From Malacoraja senta (taxonomy: Eukaryota), in contig CM075988.1 of the NCBI GenBank assembly GCA_038087875.1, forward strand, positions 18,044,001 through 18,108,000: a stretch of 64,000 nt of DNA. Direction: 5' to 3'. The translations under genes were made by a program, and so were the position numbers. Shown piece after piece: positions 54,427-64,000 of this stretch. The first letter of the stretch is position 1. Each line of letters begins with the position of its first letter. Below the pieces are notes generated by a model. It did not search any database, was not told the DNA's origin, and saw only the letters and a list, made by a program, of their open reading frames with translations.

Positions 54427-57400
54427 CTGTTTCGAAAGGCAGATGGAAATTAACAGGCTATTCTCTCCATAAAGATATCTTGTGAAGCGTTAACTTTAAA
54501 TGTCAGTCTAAACCAGTTTCAAATTGATTAACTTTACAGAAATATCGGTGACTTTCTGGTGACCGTGAAGCCCAGGTGTTGGTGTGACATTGTCTCTCTA
54601 CTTGCAGCTTAACGACTTATTGTGGACCAAGTACAAGCTATTGTCCATAGTTTTCATAATGTGTATATAACTGCGAGCTTGCCCTGTACTATAATTGTGC
54701 ATCCCTCTTATGGGTGTCCCAATGTTTTCACAATACACAACACAATCGAGGTGCAGCATAAAAATCATGCGTAGACATTCCCAAAACATTATTGTATTAT
54801 AAAGAAATTTTAACTGAATTGCTCAGAAATACTGCCCAGCTAACTGTATTAACAAGACAACGTGCTTGAGTAACTCAGTGGGCCAGGCAACCTCTGGAGA
54901 ACATGGATAGGTGACATTTTGGGTCGGGACCCTTTGTCACCCATCCATGTATTCCAGAGATGCTGCCTGACCCGCTGAGTTACTCCAGAACTTTGGCTTT
55001 TTTTGTAAAGCAGCATCTGTAATTCCTTGTTTCTAACTAGACAACAAATTGGTGACTAACTTATTAGGACAGAGGAGGGGGGACGATCAGCCCATCCTGT
55101 ATCTGAGAGTTCTAAGAGCAATGCCAAATCTGAATCACACCCACCCCCCACCCCGACAGCCCCCGCTGGAATTTGGAATCTGAATTCTCTCATCTGTGGT
55201 TTACAACAGTCTGCACAAGCCCGAGCTCTGTGTTCAGTCAACACCAACCTTGGAGACGCTGAGACCACAGTCTGCCACAGAGGAAACCTCAGGCAGCTCC
55301 ACCTTCAGCTGGATGCTTGTCGGTTTCCCACCCTCATCGGTGATGACGGACATCTTGTACTTTGGAGTAGCCACTGTGTTGCTACACTCAAAGTCCACGC
55401 TTGAAATCTCCTGGATGAGGCCCGGCTTGTTTGGCTGGTGGGTGTGAGTGGGCAGGTGGATGGGACTGTCCTTGTCCTGCTCCCCGTCTGCCTCTCTCAG
55501 GCTGGTCAGCTGCTGCAGTAAGGAGGCGTTAGCATCGGCCTCTGCCCCCACAGCCACAGCTTGGCCAGGCTCGCTTCTCCCGCTCAGCCGCTGCTTGATC
55601 CGTTCCCTGCTGCCCGTCTGCGTCTGCCCCAGCAGCCTGTATGAGTGCGACAGGCGGATGCGGTGCTGCTCCTCGATGTATCTCATCGCCAGGCGGATCA
55701 TCTGGTCCCGTTCCACAGGGTCCTCCCTTGCTTTCTGAATCACCTCGGGGCTGTACGCAACGTCAGTGACACAGCAAATGTCTGCGGGAGGGAATTTAAA
55801 AAGTTCAAGTAACGTTCTCTTCAGCAAACCAGCCCACCTTCCCCCAGTGGAGAGACTAAACTTGGAGCACTGTGTGCAGTTCTAGTTGCCCAACTACAGG
55901 AATGATGTCATTCAGTGGGAAATAATGCAACAAAGATTCACCAGGATGGTACCTTGGTTTGAGTGATAGGGAGACGTGGGATAGGATAGGACTTCTTTGG
56001 AGTGTTGGAGGCTGAGGGGTGGCTTTACTGATGTGTTCAATATCATGAGGGCTATAGAGGCATCCCCCTCCATAGGCATCTGCAGTTCCTTCCGACGCAG
56101 TACCCCAGGTGTGGTGTCACCAGCAGCTTATGCTGAAGTAACATGCCTTCCTCGCCACCTTGTTTTTCTGTGTCACCTCTTTCATGTACTATTACTTGTG
56201 CCTGGAGGTATCTGTTTTACAACAATCCCCAGGGGATTTCCTGTGCAAGTCCTGCCCTGGTTTAACCTTGCATTTGTCCTGGATACAGTTTGAACCTTGA
56301 GGTTGAAACTGCAGGGTGCATTTCAAACCAGGGTTAATTTTAAGCATTCTCCTGGCCAAGTGCCCATCTGTCACTGGGACCTCCAGAACAATCACATAGC
56401 ACAGGAACAGACACTTCGGCCCACAATGTTTGTGCGGAACATGATGCCAAATTAAACTAATCTCATCAAACTGTACATGATCTATATCCCTCTGCTCCCT
56501 GCACTTCCATGTGCCTATCCAAAATCCTCTCAAATGTCACTATCGTATCTGCATCCACCACCATCCCTTCCAATGTGTTCCAGGCCCCCACTACTGTGTA
56601 AAATAACATTTCCAAAAAAAACTTGCCCTGCACATCTCCATTAAACTTTTCATTTCTCGCCTTTACAGCTACACCCTGCAATGTTCGACATTCAACCAGG
56701 GTAAAAAGGTTCTGACTGTCTACCCTATCTATTGCCATAACTTGCAATTCGATGCGGCTCACAGGAGGGAGCATAGGACATGATGTGGCAGTGAGACGGG
56801 CTGGGTGAAGCATCACTGCTCTTACCCCAGGCAACGTGCTCACAACATATCACACGTCAGCGTTAGGAGACAAGCCAGCCTTGGCTCACCAGCTACCTGT
56901 GCCATTGACCGTTTCCTCCATCGGCCCTCCGCTGAGAGGGACAGGGTCGGCATTGCTCTTCGGAGCAGGGACACGACTCCAGCTGCAAAGGTTTACGAAC
57001 AGCACCCTCTCACCGGGTTCCTGGAGGAGAGAGAAATAATGACGGCTTGTTGTCAAAGGTCACAGAGATCTCTGGCAGAATTAACTTGAGACGAGCAGGT
57101 ACAATTCAAACTCTTGTCCATGTGTCACTCATAGCCATCCTCGGCAACCTATCCTCTGCTATCAGAAACTTGTCTCTTGTAGTCTTACGATTTACGATTT
57201 ATGTAATGCATGTACAATTTAAGGTGTGTATGTCTGTGCCTGCGATGCTGCTGCATGCAACATTTACATTGTATCTGTACCTCACCGCACTCGTGCTATA
57301 ACAAAACGCAAGCTCATGCGCCACATAAAAACGCATTACATTTTTTATCACCACCCTCCTGCACTACGTTCCAGTTATCAACCACTCTTTGGGTGAAAAG

Positions 57401-58649
57401 GTTCACTTCATTCCCTCTAGTTCTCCTGCCTGTTATCCTAAATCTGTATCTTCCAGTTCCACCTCTGAAATGAGGAAATGTTTCCTGCAGTCTACTCAAC
57501 CCATACACCTCATAATTTTAGATTCCGCAGTCATGTCCCCTCTCAACTCCCCTGCTCCAGGAAGGACAGACCCATCCTCTCCTCATAGCTAAAGACCAAG
57601 GCAAAGTCCTGGTGAATCTCCTTAGCACTCTGTCCAGTGCTCTCACACCCTTGCTATAGTGTGGTGACCAGAACGCCACACAGTTCTCCAGCTGGAATGG
57701 ACAGAAGACATTTCGGGTTGGGACCCTTCTTCAGTCTGTGGAAGGGTCTTAACCCAAAACATCGTCTGTCCATTACCTCCATAGATGCTGCCTGGCCTGC
57801 TGTGTCTGTGTTTTGCTCCCGATTCCCGCATCTGCAGTTCCTTGTGTCTCACGTTTATAAAATTTTAGCTGCTCTCTCCCACTGACTGTTTGGAACGTGT
57901 GGCATCGCCCAGCTGAGTAATGGCCAGTCCCAGCAACACCTGACTCTCATCACAATAGTTTCATTCATTCACAAGGATTGATTTATTTTAAAGTGTATGT
58001 TATTGAAGGAAATGTAAGTATTGGTGCCCAGCGGTATGTCGCTTAGGCAGCTTACAACCCAGCTGCATGAATATTCATTTTTGTAGTTTCAAGTAACTCC
58101 TGCATTCTCTCTCCCCCCCCCCTTCCCCCACCCTAGTTGGCCTACCAGTTTGCATCCTTGTATCCCTCCTTCTCCAGCCAGCTCTCATACCCTCTCCAGC
58201 CAACAAAGGGTTAGTATGGGCTCCATTCTTCCTGAGGTCTCTGTTGCCAGCCTTGATTTGTTCTGGCCTTTTCTCCACCCCCACCCCCACCCCAATCCCT
58301 ACTTTCGGTCTGAAGGATTCTGACCAAAAACGTCACCTATTCTTTTTCTCCAGAGATGCTTCCTGACCCTCTGGAGTTACTCGTCCAGCACTTTGTGTGT
58401 CTCTCCGGTATAAACCAGCATCTGCAGTTCCACCCTACACATGTTGGTTGGTGTCAGGGTTTGTACCTGTATGTTGGTCTGGATGCAGGCGTGGGGCTCC
58501 GGGGCAGTGAACTGCTTCTTCCCCTCGGTTAGCTGCTGGCTGATGAACTTGTGGTAAGCTTCAGGGCTGCTCTCAGACATCTCGTCCAACAAACTCCACA
58601 GCTGGTTCACCTGCTGCACAAGCGCATCTTCACGCCGCCCTGTGGCCAT
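54286..58649 (-). CDS. PIH1D2: PIH1 domain-containing protein 2 (DNAAF15), 4 coding exons, 326 aa
   Basis: Exons 58649-58467, 57020-56897, 55781-55249, 54426-54286 join in frame (981 nt). Motifs QVNQLWSLLDEM, LFVNLCSWSRVPAP, DVAYSPEV, LIQEISS, LKVELPEVSSVADCGLSVS, KYRLQLNLP match recalled human PIH1D2. Confidence 0.95.
55249..55781 (-). CDS. PIH1D2: PIH1D2 third coding exon (533 nt)
   Basis: Within ORF 55234..55827; cccgcag acceptor, AAG|GTTGGT donor. Confidence 0.92.
56395..56740 (-). mobile_element. CR1 3' fragment
   Basis: Degenerate ORF2 end (VVGAWNTL...VDADTIVTFERILDRHM). Confidence 0.75.
56897..57020 (-). CDS. PIH1D2: PIH1D2 second coding exon
   Basis: EPGERVLFVNLCSWSRVPAPKSNADPVPLSGG...; 124 nt, phase 0 to 1. 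Confidence 0.9.
58040..58440 (+). mobile_element. Penelope-like element 3' end
   Basis: RLGSLQPSCMNIHFCSFK* endonuclease C-terminus, C-rich tail, degenerate hammerhead-like core and terminal repeat. Confidence 0.7.
58467..58649 (-). CDS. PIH1D2: PIH1D2 first coding exon
   Basis: MATGRREDALVQQVNQLWSLLDEM...CIQTNIQ|GTACAA. Confidence 0.93.
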
Positions 58650-58691
58650 AGTTTCCCTGTTGCTGGTGCAAAGCCTTCGACAAAACAGCTT

Positions 58692-58891
58692 NNNNNNNNN
58701 NNNNNNNNNNNNNNNNNNNNNNNNNNNNNNNNNNNNNNNNNNNNNNNNNNNNNNNNNNNNNNNNNNNNNNNNNNNNNNNNNNNNNNNNNNNNNNNNNNNN
58801 NNNNNNNNNNNNNNNNNNNNNNNNNNNNNNNNNNNNNNNNNNNNNNNNNNNNNNNNNNNNNNNNNNNNNNNNNNNNNNNNNNNNNNNNNNN
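58692..58891. other. Assembly gap (200 N)
   Basis: Run of N. Confidence 0.99.
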
Positions 58892-59466
58892 GTCTCTGCT
58901 GCTGGTATGTGCCCATCGTGGTGGGAATAGGGACAGTGGCTAGTCTGTTCTTCCACATCTGGAGGCGAGCTTCAGTTGGTGTTGTTTCCAATGGGGTGAC
59001 ACTGTGACTCTAGTACAATCCACTCGTATATTCTCTACCAGAGTACAGGATATAGTGTGAGTGTTAAGGTGTTACAGTTACAGAGAAAGTGTAGATAAAA
59101 ATGTTCAAGAGATGCAATGAGCTCGGTTGGAAATTTAGGACTACACCCTTCTTATGAAAGGACCGTGCAGCAGTAATCCTATATTAGTGGGGAAGATGCT
59201 GTTTCTGAATTTTGAGGTACATAATTTCAAGCTTTTGTATCTTCCGCCCGACAGGAGGGGGAGAAGTGGGAATGACCGAGTTGTGAGTGGCCCTTGATTA
59301 CATTGGCTGCTTTCCTGAGCCACTGGATAGTGTAGATGGAGTCGATGGGGGAGGCAGGTCTGTGTGATGGACAACCCTACAATTGCTTGCAGCTTGGGCA
59401 GAGATGTTGCCAAACCAGGCTGTGATACATCGAGTGTTTTAAAACTTTCCTTCTGGCCATCTGCAG

Positions 59467-59567
59467 ATTCAGGAGGAGTCAGAAATGTGGAAGATCAGGG
59501 AAAAAGAGAAGCAAGCCGGCAAGATGAGATTTTTCCAGCAGCGAAGAGAGTCTGAGGGTTTGTCGGG
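59467..59567 (+). CDS. NKAPD1: NKAPD1 internal exon
   Basis: ctgcag acceptor, GTAAGT donor. Confidence 0.9.
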
Positions 59568-62500
59568 GTAAGTATTTTAATCCTGCTGCCGGATACCTGA
59601 GGCCTGTGGAGCTGACCTTACTGTTGCTATACCGTCGCTAGAACTGCTCACTTGGATTCATGCATGAGATGTCCCAAACATCTCCCCTTCCCCCTGCAAC
59701 CGCAGGAGATGTAATACCTGTCCCTATACCTCCTCTGTCCTAACGATCTAGACAACCCAGTAGCCCTTCCTGGTGAGATAGTGGATTACACGCACCTCCT
59801 CTAACCTCATCCACTGCATCCGGTGTTCCTGATGTGGCCTTCTGTACATCAGCGAGACCAAGCATAGGCTCGGCAACCATTTTGCTGAACATTCGTGCTT
59901 GGCCTGCCAAGGCCGGCTGGATCTCCTGGTTGCTAACCATATTAACTCCTCATCCCATTCCAATACTCACCTTTTCGACCTGCTCCTCCTCCATTGTCAA
60001 AGTGAGGCCACATGCAAACATAGTTTTGTTTATAGATAAAGCATGGAAACTGCTTTCGGCCCACTGAGACCATGTGGGCCATTGATTACCTGTTGACACT
60101 AATTCTATGTTATCCAACTTTCCCCATCCACTCCCTACACATTATGGGTAATTTAAAAGAGGCCAATTAGCCTATAAACCTGCACTGGAGGAATAGCACC
60201 TTTTATGCCCCTTGGTTAGCTTATGGTATGAACATTGAATTCTCCAATCCCAATTAATTCTCCCCCAATCCCCACTTTCTTTCTTGTGGGCCCCCCCCCC
60301 CGTTCCCCCCATCCTTGAGTGCTAGAATTTCTCCCAGCACATTCCTGTCCCTTCCCCCCCCCCCCCCCCCCCGGTCACCATACTCCTTTCAATTCCCATC
60401 CCTGCGACCCCAATTTCCATTTTATCCACCCCCCCCCCCTTATCCATTCCTCCTTTCTGCTTTTGCATTGAACACCTTTTCTCTCCACTTCTGACATAAT
60501 GTTGTCTTCTTTTCTCTTCTCGCCTTTGTCAGTTACTCCACCTGTCTGCCAATCACACCCCCTTTACCAGTATCTACCTATCACTCACCGGGGCTTTGTT
60601 CCACAGGCACCTCTTTTTTCAGCTTTCAACCTCTACAGCAATTGACTGAAGAAGGATCCCGACCTGAAACGTCACCTGTCCATTCTTTCCACAGATGCTG
60701 CCTGGCCCGCTGAGTTCCACAAGCACATTGTGTTTTTTGCTCAAGATTCCAGCACCTGCAGTTCCTAGTCTCTGTTGCTTTTCTTGATGTATATTAACAG
60801 AGTGTACACCAGCGTACAGGGCAGGTAACAATTAGCTGATGATGCCACAATAAGCTGATGATGCAAAGTACACCAGTGTACTTTGCAGATAACAGTAAGC
60901 TGATGGGTGAAGTAGGAGGACAGCAAGTGACAGAGATGTAGACAGGCTGTGGATGGCTGGATGCGACAAATGTTACATTTTGGTAGGAAAAAGAAATGTC
61001 CTTCAGAAAAGGAAATCCGCCATCTTTAGCCAGCGTAGCCAAGATGTGTCTCCTGGGTATCAATGTTGACCCGTAACTATCTTGGGCACGCACAAAACTG
61101 CAGGTGCGGGAAACTTGACCAAAGGCTGGAGGAACTCAGCGGGTCAGGCAGGATCTGGGATGGGATTTAAGTCTGAGAGAGGAAGTTTTGGCTCAATACC
61201 CTTCTTTATCCCTTCTCCTGGCTTTAGCTTTTACTCATCTACTCTCCTGATCTGACACCTTTTATCTTTCTAGCCTTTGTCTAGCACTTACTCCATTCAT
61301 CTGCCATTCACTCTCCTCACCTCTATGCACCGATTAGTTAATGATTCATGTCGGAGACCTTTCATCAGAGCTCAGTGACTACTAAAGTAGCAGTTTTGAG
61401 GAAAGATCTTAAACCTGATACATTGACCTTTTTTATTCACAGATTCTGCCTGACCTGCTGGGTGTTTTCAGTATTTTCCATTTTATTTAAGATTTTCAGC
61501 GTGTGCTGTTTTTTGAGAGTAATTGAATTATATACGGTGTCTGTCCCAGGAACAGAATGCGGTGTGACGGGTACGATGAAGAGGACGAAGAACAAAAGGC
61601 GACTGCTGCTGCTCAGAAAATGTTCACGGCACAGGATGAACGGGAGAGCCGAATCTGGACAAAGAAGCTGTACGACTTTGAAGCAAGAGATCCAAACAGG
61701 TCTGAGCCTTGAAATCGTCTGTAGTTGGGGAAAGGTCAAACTCCTTGCCATAGAATGTAGAGAAGAGGAACAGGCCCTTTGGCCCATCACATTGTGCTCA
61801 AGATGCCAAGATAAACTAATCCCCTCTGCCTCCACGCAATCCATATTCCTCCATCCCCTGCATATCTGTGTGCCAACCAAAACCCTCTTAAATGTCACTA
61901 TCGTATCTGCCTCCACCACCATCCCTGGCAGCCCATTTCACCCACTCACCACCTTCTTTGTTTTGAAAAAAAACTTGCCTCGTGCATCTCTTTTAAACTT
62001 TCCCCCTCTGACCTTAAAGCTATGCCTTCTTGTCTTTCCCATTTCCATCCTGGGAAACAGGTTCTAACTGTCTCAACTACATGACTTCCTGACTCTTATA
62101 CTCTGATGAAGGCATGCTTCCTTTTCCATTTGAGTCTATTTGAGCTGCTACTTTCTGGTAGTTATGGACTTGGAACCCAAAATCTCTGCATCAATGCTGT
62201 AAAGGGTCATGCCATTAACTGTATACATTTCCCTTGCATTCGTCCTCTCGCACTTACTGATATTAAACTCACCTGCTATTTCTCAACTCAAAACTGATCT
62301 ATGCTGTGCTGTATCCCTTCACAGCTTTCCTCGTAACTAGTTACTCAAACTAATTGCTTCAGTCTTGTGTCCCAGTGCATATACAAAATCCTATATGAAC
62401 ATTTATATATTTTTTAAATAAACCCTCGTGGTTCAAATTTGTTCTTTTTGTTAAGAAGTTGAATTATCATTTAACTTAACAGGTGACCGAATTAAGAGAG

Positions 62501-63169
62501 TCAACTAATCTTGATGCTTGATTTTTATTTGAAGTAATCAGACTTTATGCTTTTTATTTTTAAAAAGCCTAAATTTGAAATCACTGGGAAACAGTGAAAA
62601 CTGAGGATTATACTCAAAATGTTGTTACTGTACTTGGAATGCACACGGCTTATTGTTCAGAAGTGCAGCTTTTATTAAAATTTCAGGCCAATTTTAAAAC
62701 CACTGCTTTCCAACCAAAGTTTTGAAACTCTGCTCTGAATTGTCTTGCTAGAAGAGCTGGGTACCACACCAGATGTATGGCACCCTTTAGTCTTGCCTAT
62801 TAAGTGAATCTAATGAAAAAATCATTGGTCAAGGATCCCGACTTAATGCGTCACCTGTCCATGTTCTCCAGAGATGCTGCCTGACCTGCTGAATTACTTC
62901 ACTTTGTGCCCTTTTGTATATTAACCAGCATGTGCAGTTCTTTGTTTGTACTAATGAATGATGTATAGCCTTTTCTTTAACTGGATAGCATTCAAATAAA
63001 AGCTTTTCACTGTACCTCTGTACACTGATTATAATAACCTAAATTGAATTGAACAATTCATTAGTTTTTTTAATTATGCAGGAATTAAATAGTATTTTCT
63101 GAATTGATTGTTTAGATGGGGCCACAGTGGCTACAAGGAACTTTACCCAGAAGAATTTGAATCTGAGAG
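59467..63169 (+). CDS. NKAPD1: NKAP domain-containing 1 (C11orf57), partial: three internal exons
   Basis: Exons 59467-59567 (IQEESEMWKIREKEKQ), 61550-61699 (RMRCDGYDEE...WTKKLYDFEARDPNR) and 63116-63169 (WGHSGYKELYPEEFESE) are phase-consistent. The first and last coding exons are not visible. Confidence 0.92.
59692..60775 (+). mobile_element. Neptune-type Penelope-like retroelement remnant (GIY-YIG endonuclease pseudogene plus 3' tail)
   Basis: PCNRRRCNTCP...SSNLIHCIRCS*CGLLYISETKHRLGNHFAEH...VANHINS with stops; interrupted by a SINE 3' half at about 60021-60185; ends in the hammerhead-like terminal repeat. Confidence 0.82.
61550..61699 (+). CDS. NKAPD1: NKAPD1 internal exon
   Basis: cccag acceptor, GTCTGA donor, phase 2 to 2. 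Confidence 0.9.
61750..62070 (-). mobile_element. CR1 3' fragment
   Basis: [15 protein letters not shown] and tail shared with other copies. Confidence 0.75.
63116..63169 (+). CDS. NKAPD1: NKAPD1 internal exon
   Basis: tttag acceptor, GTAAGT donor. Confidence 0.92.
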
Positions 63170-63483
63170 GTAAGTTTTAAAACATATCAACATAGTTGGA
63201 AAGGTGGTAATTTAATGTAATCGTAATCCTGAGATTCTGCTCTGAATCAGGATGGGATTGATGTTATAACATATTTCCAATCTTAATCTGATTTTATTTG
63301 TGTGTGGTGGGACAATGCTAAACGGGCGGTGGATTGGACATGAAAAATCAAAGCAATCTAAGCCTGAGTGGACCATTCAGCCAATATTCTCTCAATATTT
63401 TCTAATCGTGGATCTGTCTTAAACATGAAATGTCTGGATCTCCACAACCCTTTGTGGAAGGGAATTCAAAAGTTCAATGCCAA

Positions 63484-63782
63484 GGGCGGCACAGTGGTGC
63501 CACTACCTCACAGCACCAGAAATCCAGATTTAAAACTGTCTGTGTGGAGTTTGCTCGTTCTCCCTGTGGCCCCACGGGTTTCCACCGGCCGCTCCGGTAT
63601 CCCCCCACATCCCAAAGGCGTGCGGGTTCGTAGGTTAATTGGCCTTTGTAAATTGCCCCTGGTGTGCAGGGAGTGGATGCGAAAGTGGGATAACGTAGAA
63701 CTAGTGTGAATGGGTGATCAGTGGTCGGCGTGAACTCGGTGGGCGGAAGGGCCTGTTTCCATGCTGTGTCTCTAAAAACTAA
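63484..63782 (+). mobile_element. tRNA-derived SINE
   Basis: Same body and tail as the other SINE copies. Confidence 0.8.
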
Positions 63783-64000
63783 GTGGGGGAATTTGCCCTG
63801 ATCTGTCCCTTCTTATCTAGATTGAGCCCTGGTCAGAGGCACCTCACTGCAGCTACCTGTGAGAGTGAGGTCATCAAATGTGTCTACCAAAGTGCAGCCC
63901 ACTGTTTAATCTCTCCTTGTGACAAGCCTGTCTTCCTGCAGAGTCAGTCTAGTGAAGAATCTCTGCATTCCTTCTGTCGCTAATAAATCCTCCCATAGGA

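Noticed and set aside
58377..59007. ORFs spanning the N run
   Set aside because: Artefacts of translating through the gap; only the PIH1D2 portion is real
61348..62067. 239-aa ORF
   Set aside because: Out-of-frame read-through of an NKAPD1 exon joined to repeat sequence

Overview
Eukaryotic, intron-rich vertebrate DNA. The repeat repertoire (tRNA-derived SINEs with CR1-type 3' tails, CR1 LINEs, Penelope-like elements) points to a cartilaginous fish, probably a skate or ray (inference). Four spliced genes were reconstructed by hand with phase-consistent splice sites. (1) DIXDC1/Ccd1 on +: a short, CH-domain-less isoform of 15 coding exons, 2322-25357, 443 aa. (2) DLAT (pyruvate dehydrogenase E2) on +: complete, 14 exons, 33269-49784, 626 aa. 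(3) PIH1D2 on -: 4 coding exons, 58649-54286, 326 aa. (4) Three internal exons of NKAPD1/C11orf57 on +, 59467-63169; its first coding exon and the shared promoter probably lie in the 200-N gap at 58692-58891. The order matches human 11q23 as I recall it. Most notable observations: a family of short, often palindromic repeats carrying a minimal hammerhead-ribozyme-like core (CTGAAGA-stem-GAAAC-GTH), tied in this window to a Neptune-type Penelope GIY-YIG remnant; a degenerate tandem duplicate of the DIX-domain exon that keeps its acceptor; a GC-AG intron; a competing frameshifting donor in PIH1D2; and a nested fold-back DNA element ending about 170 bp before the DLAT start codon. Homology calls rest on recalled human sequences, not database searches, and repeat boundaries are approximate unless TIR or TSD coordinates are given.
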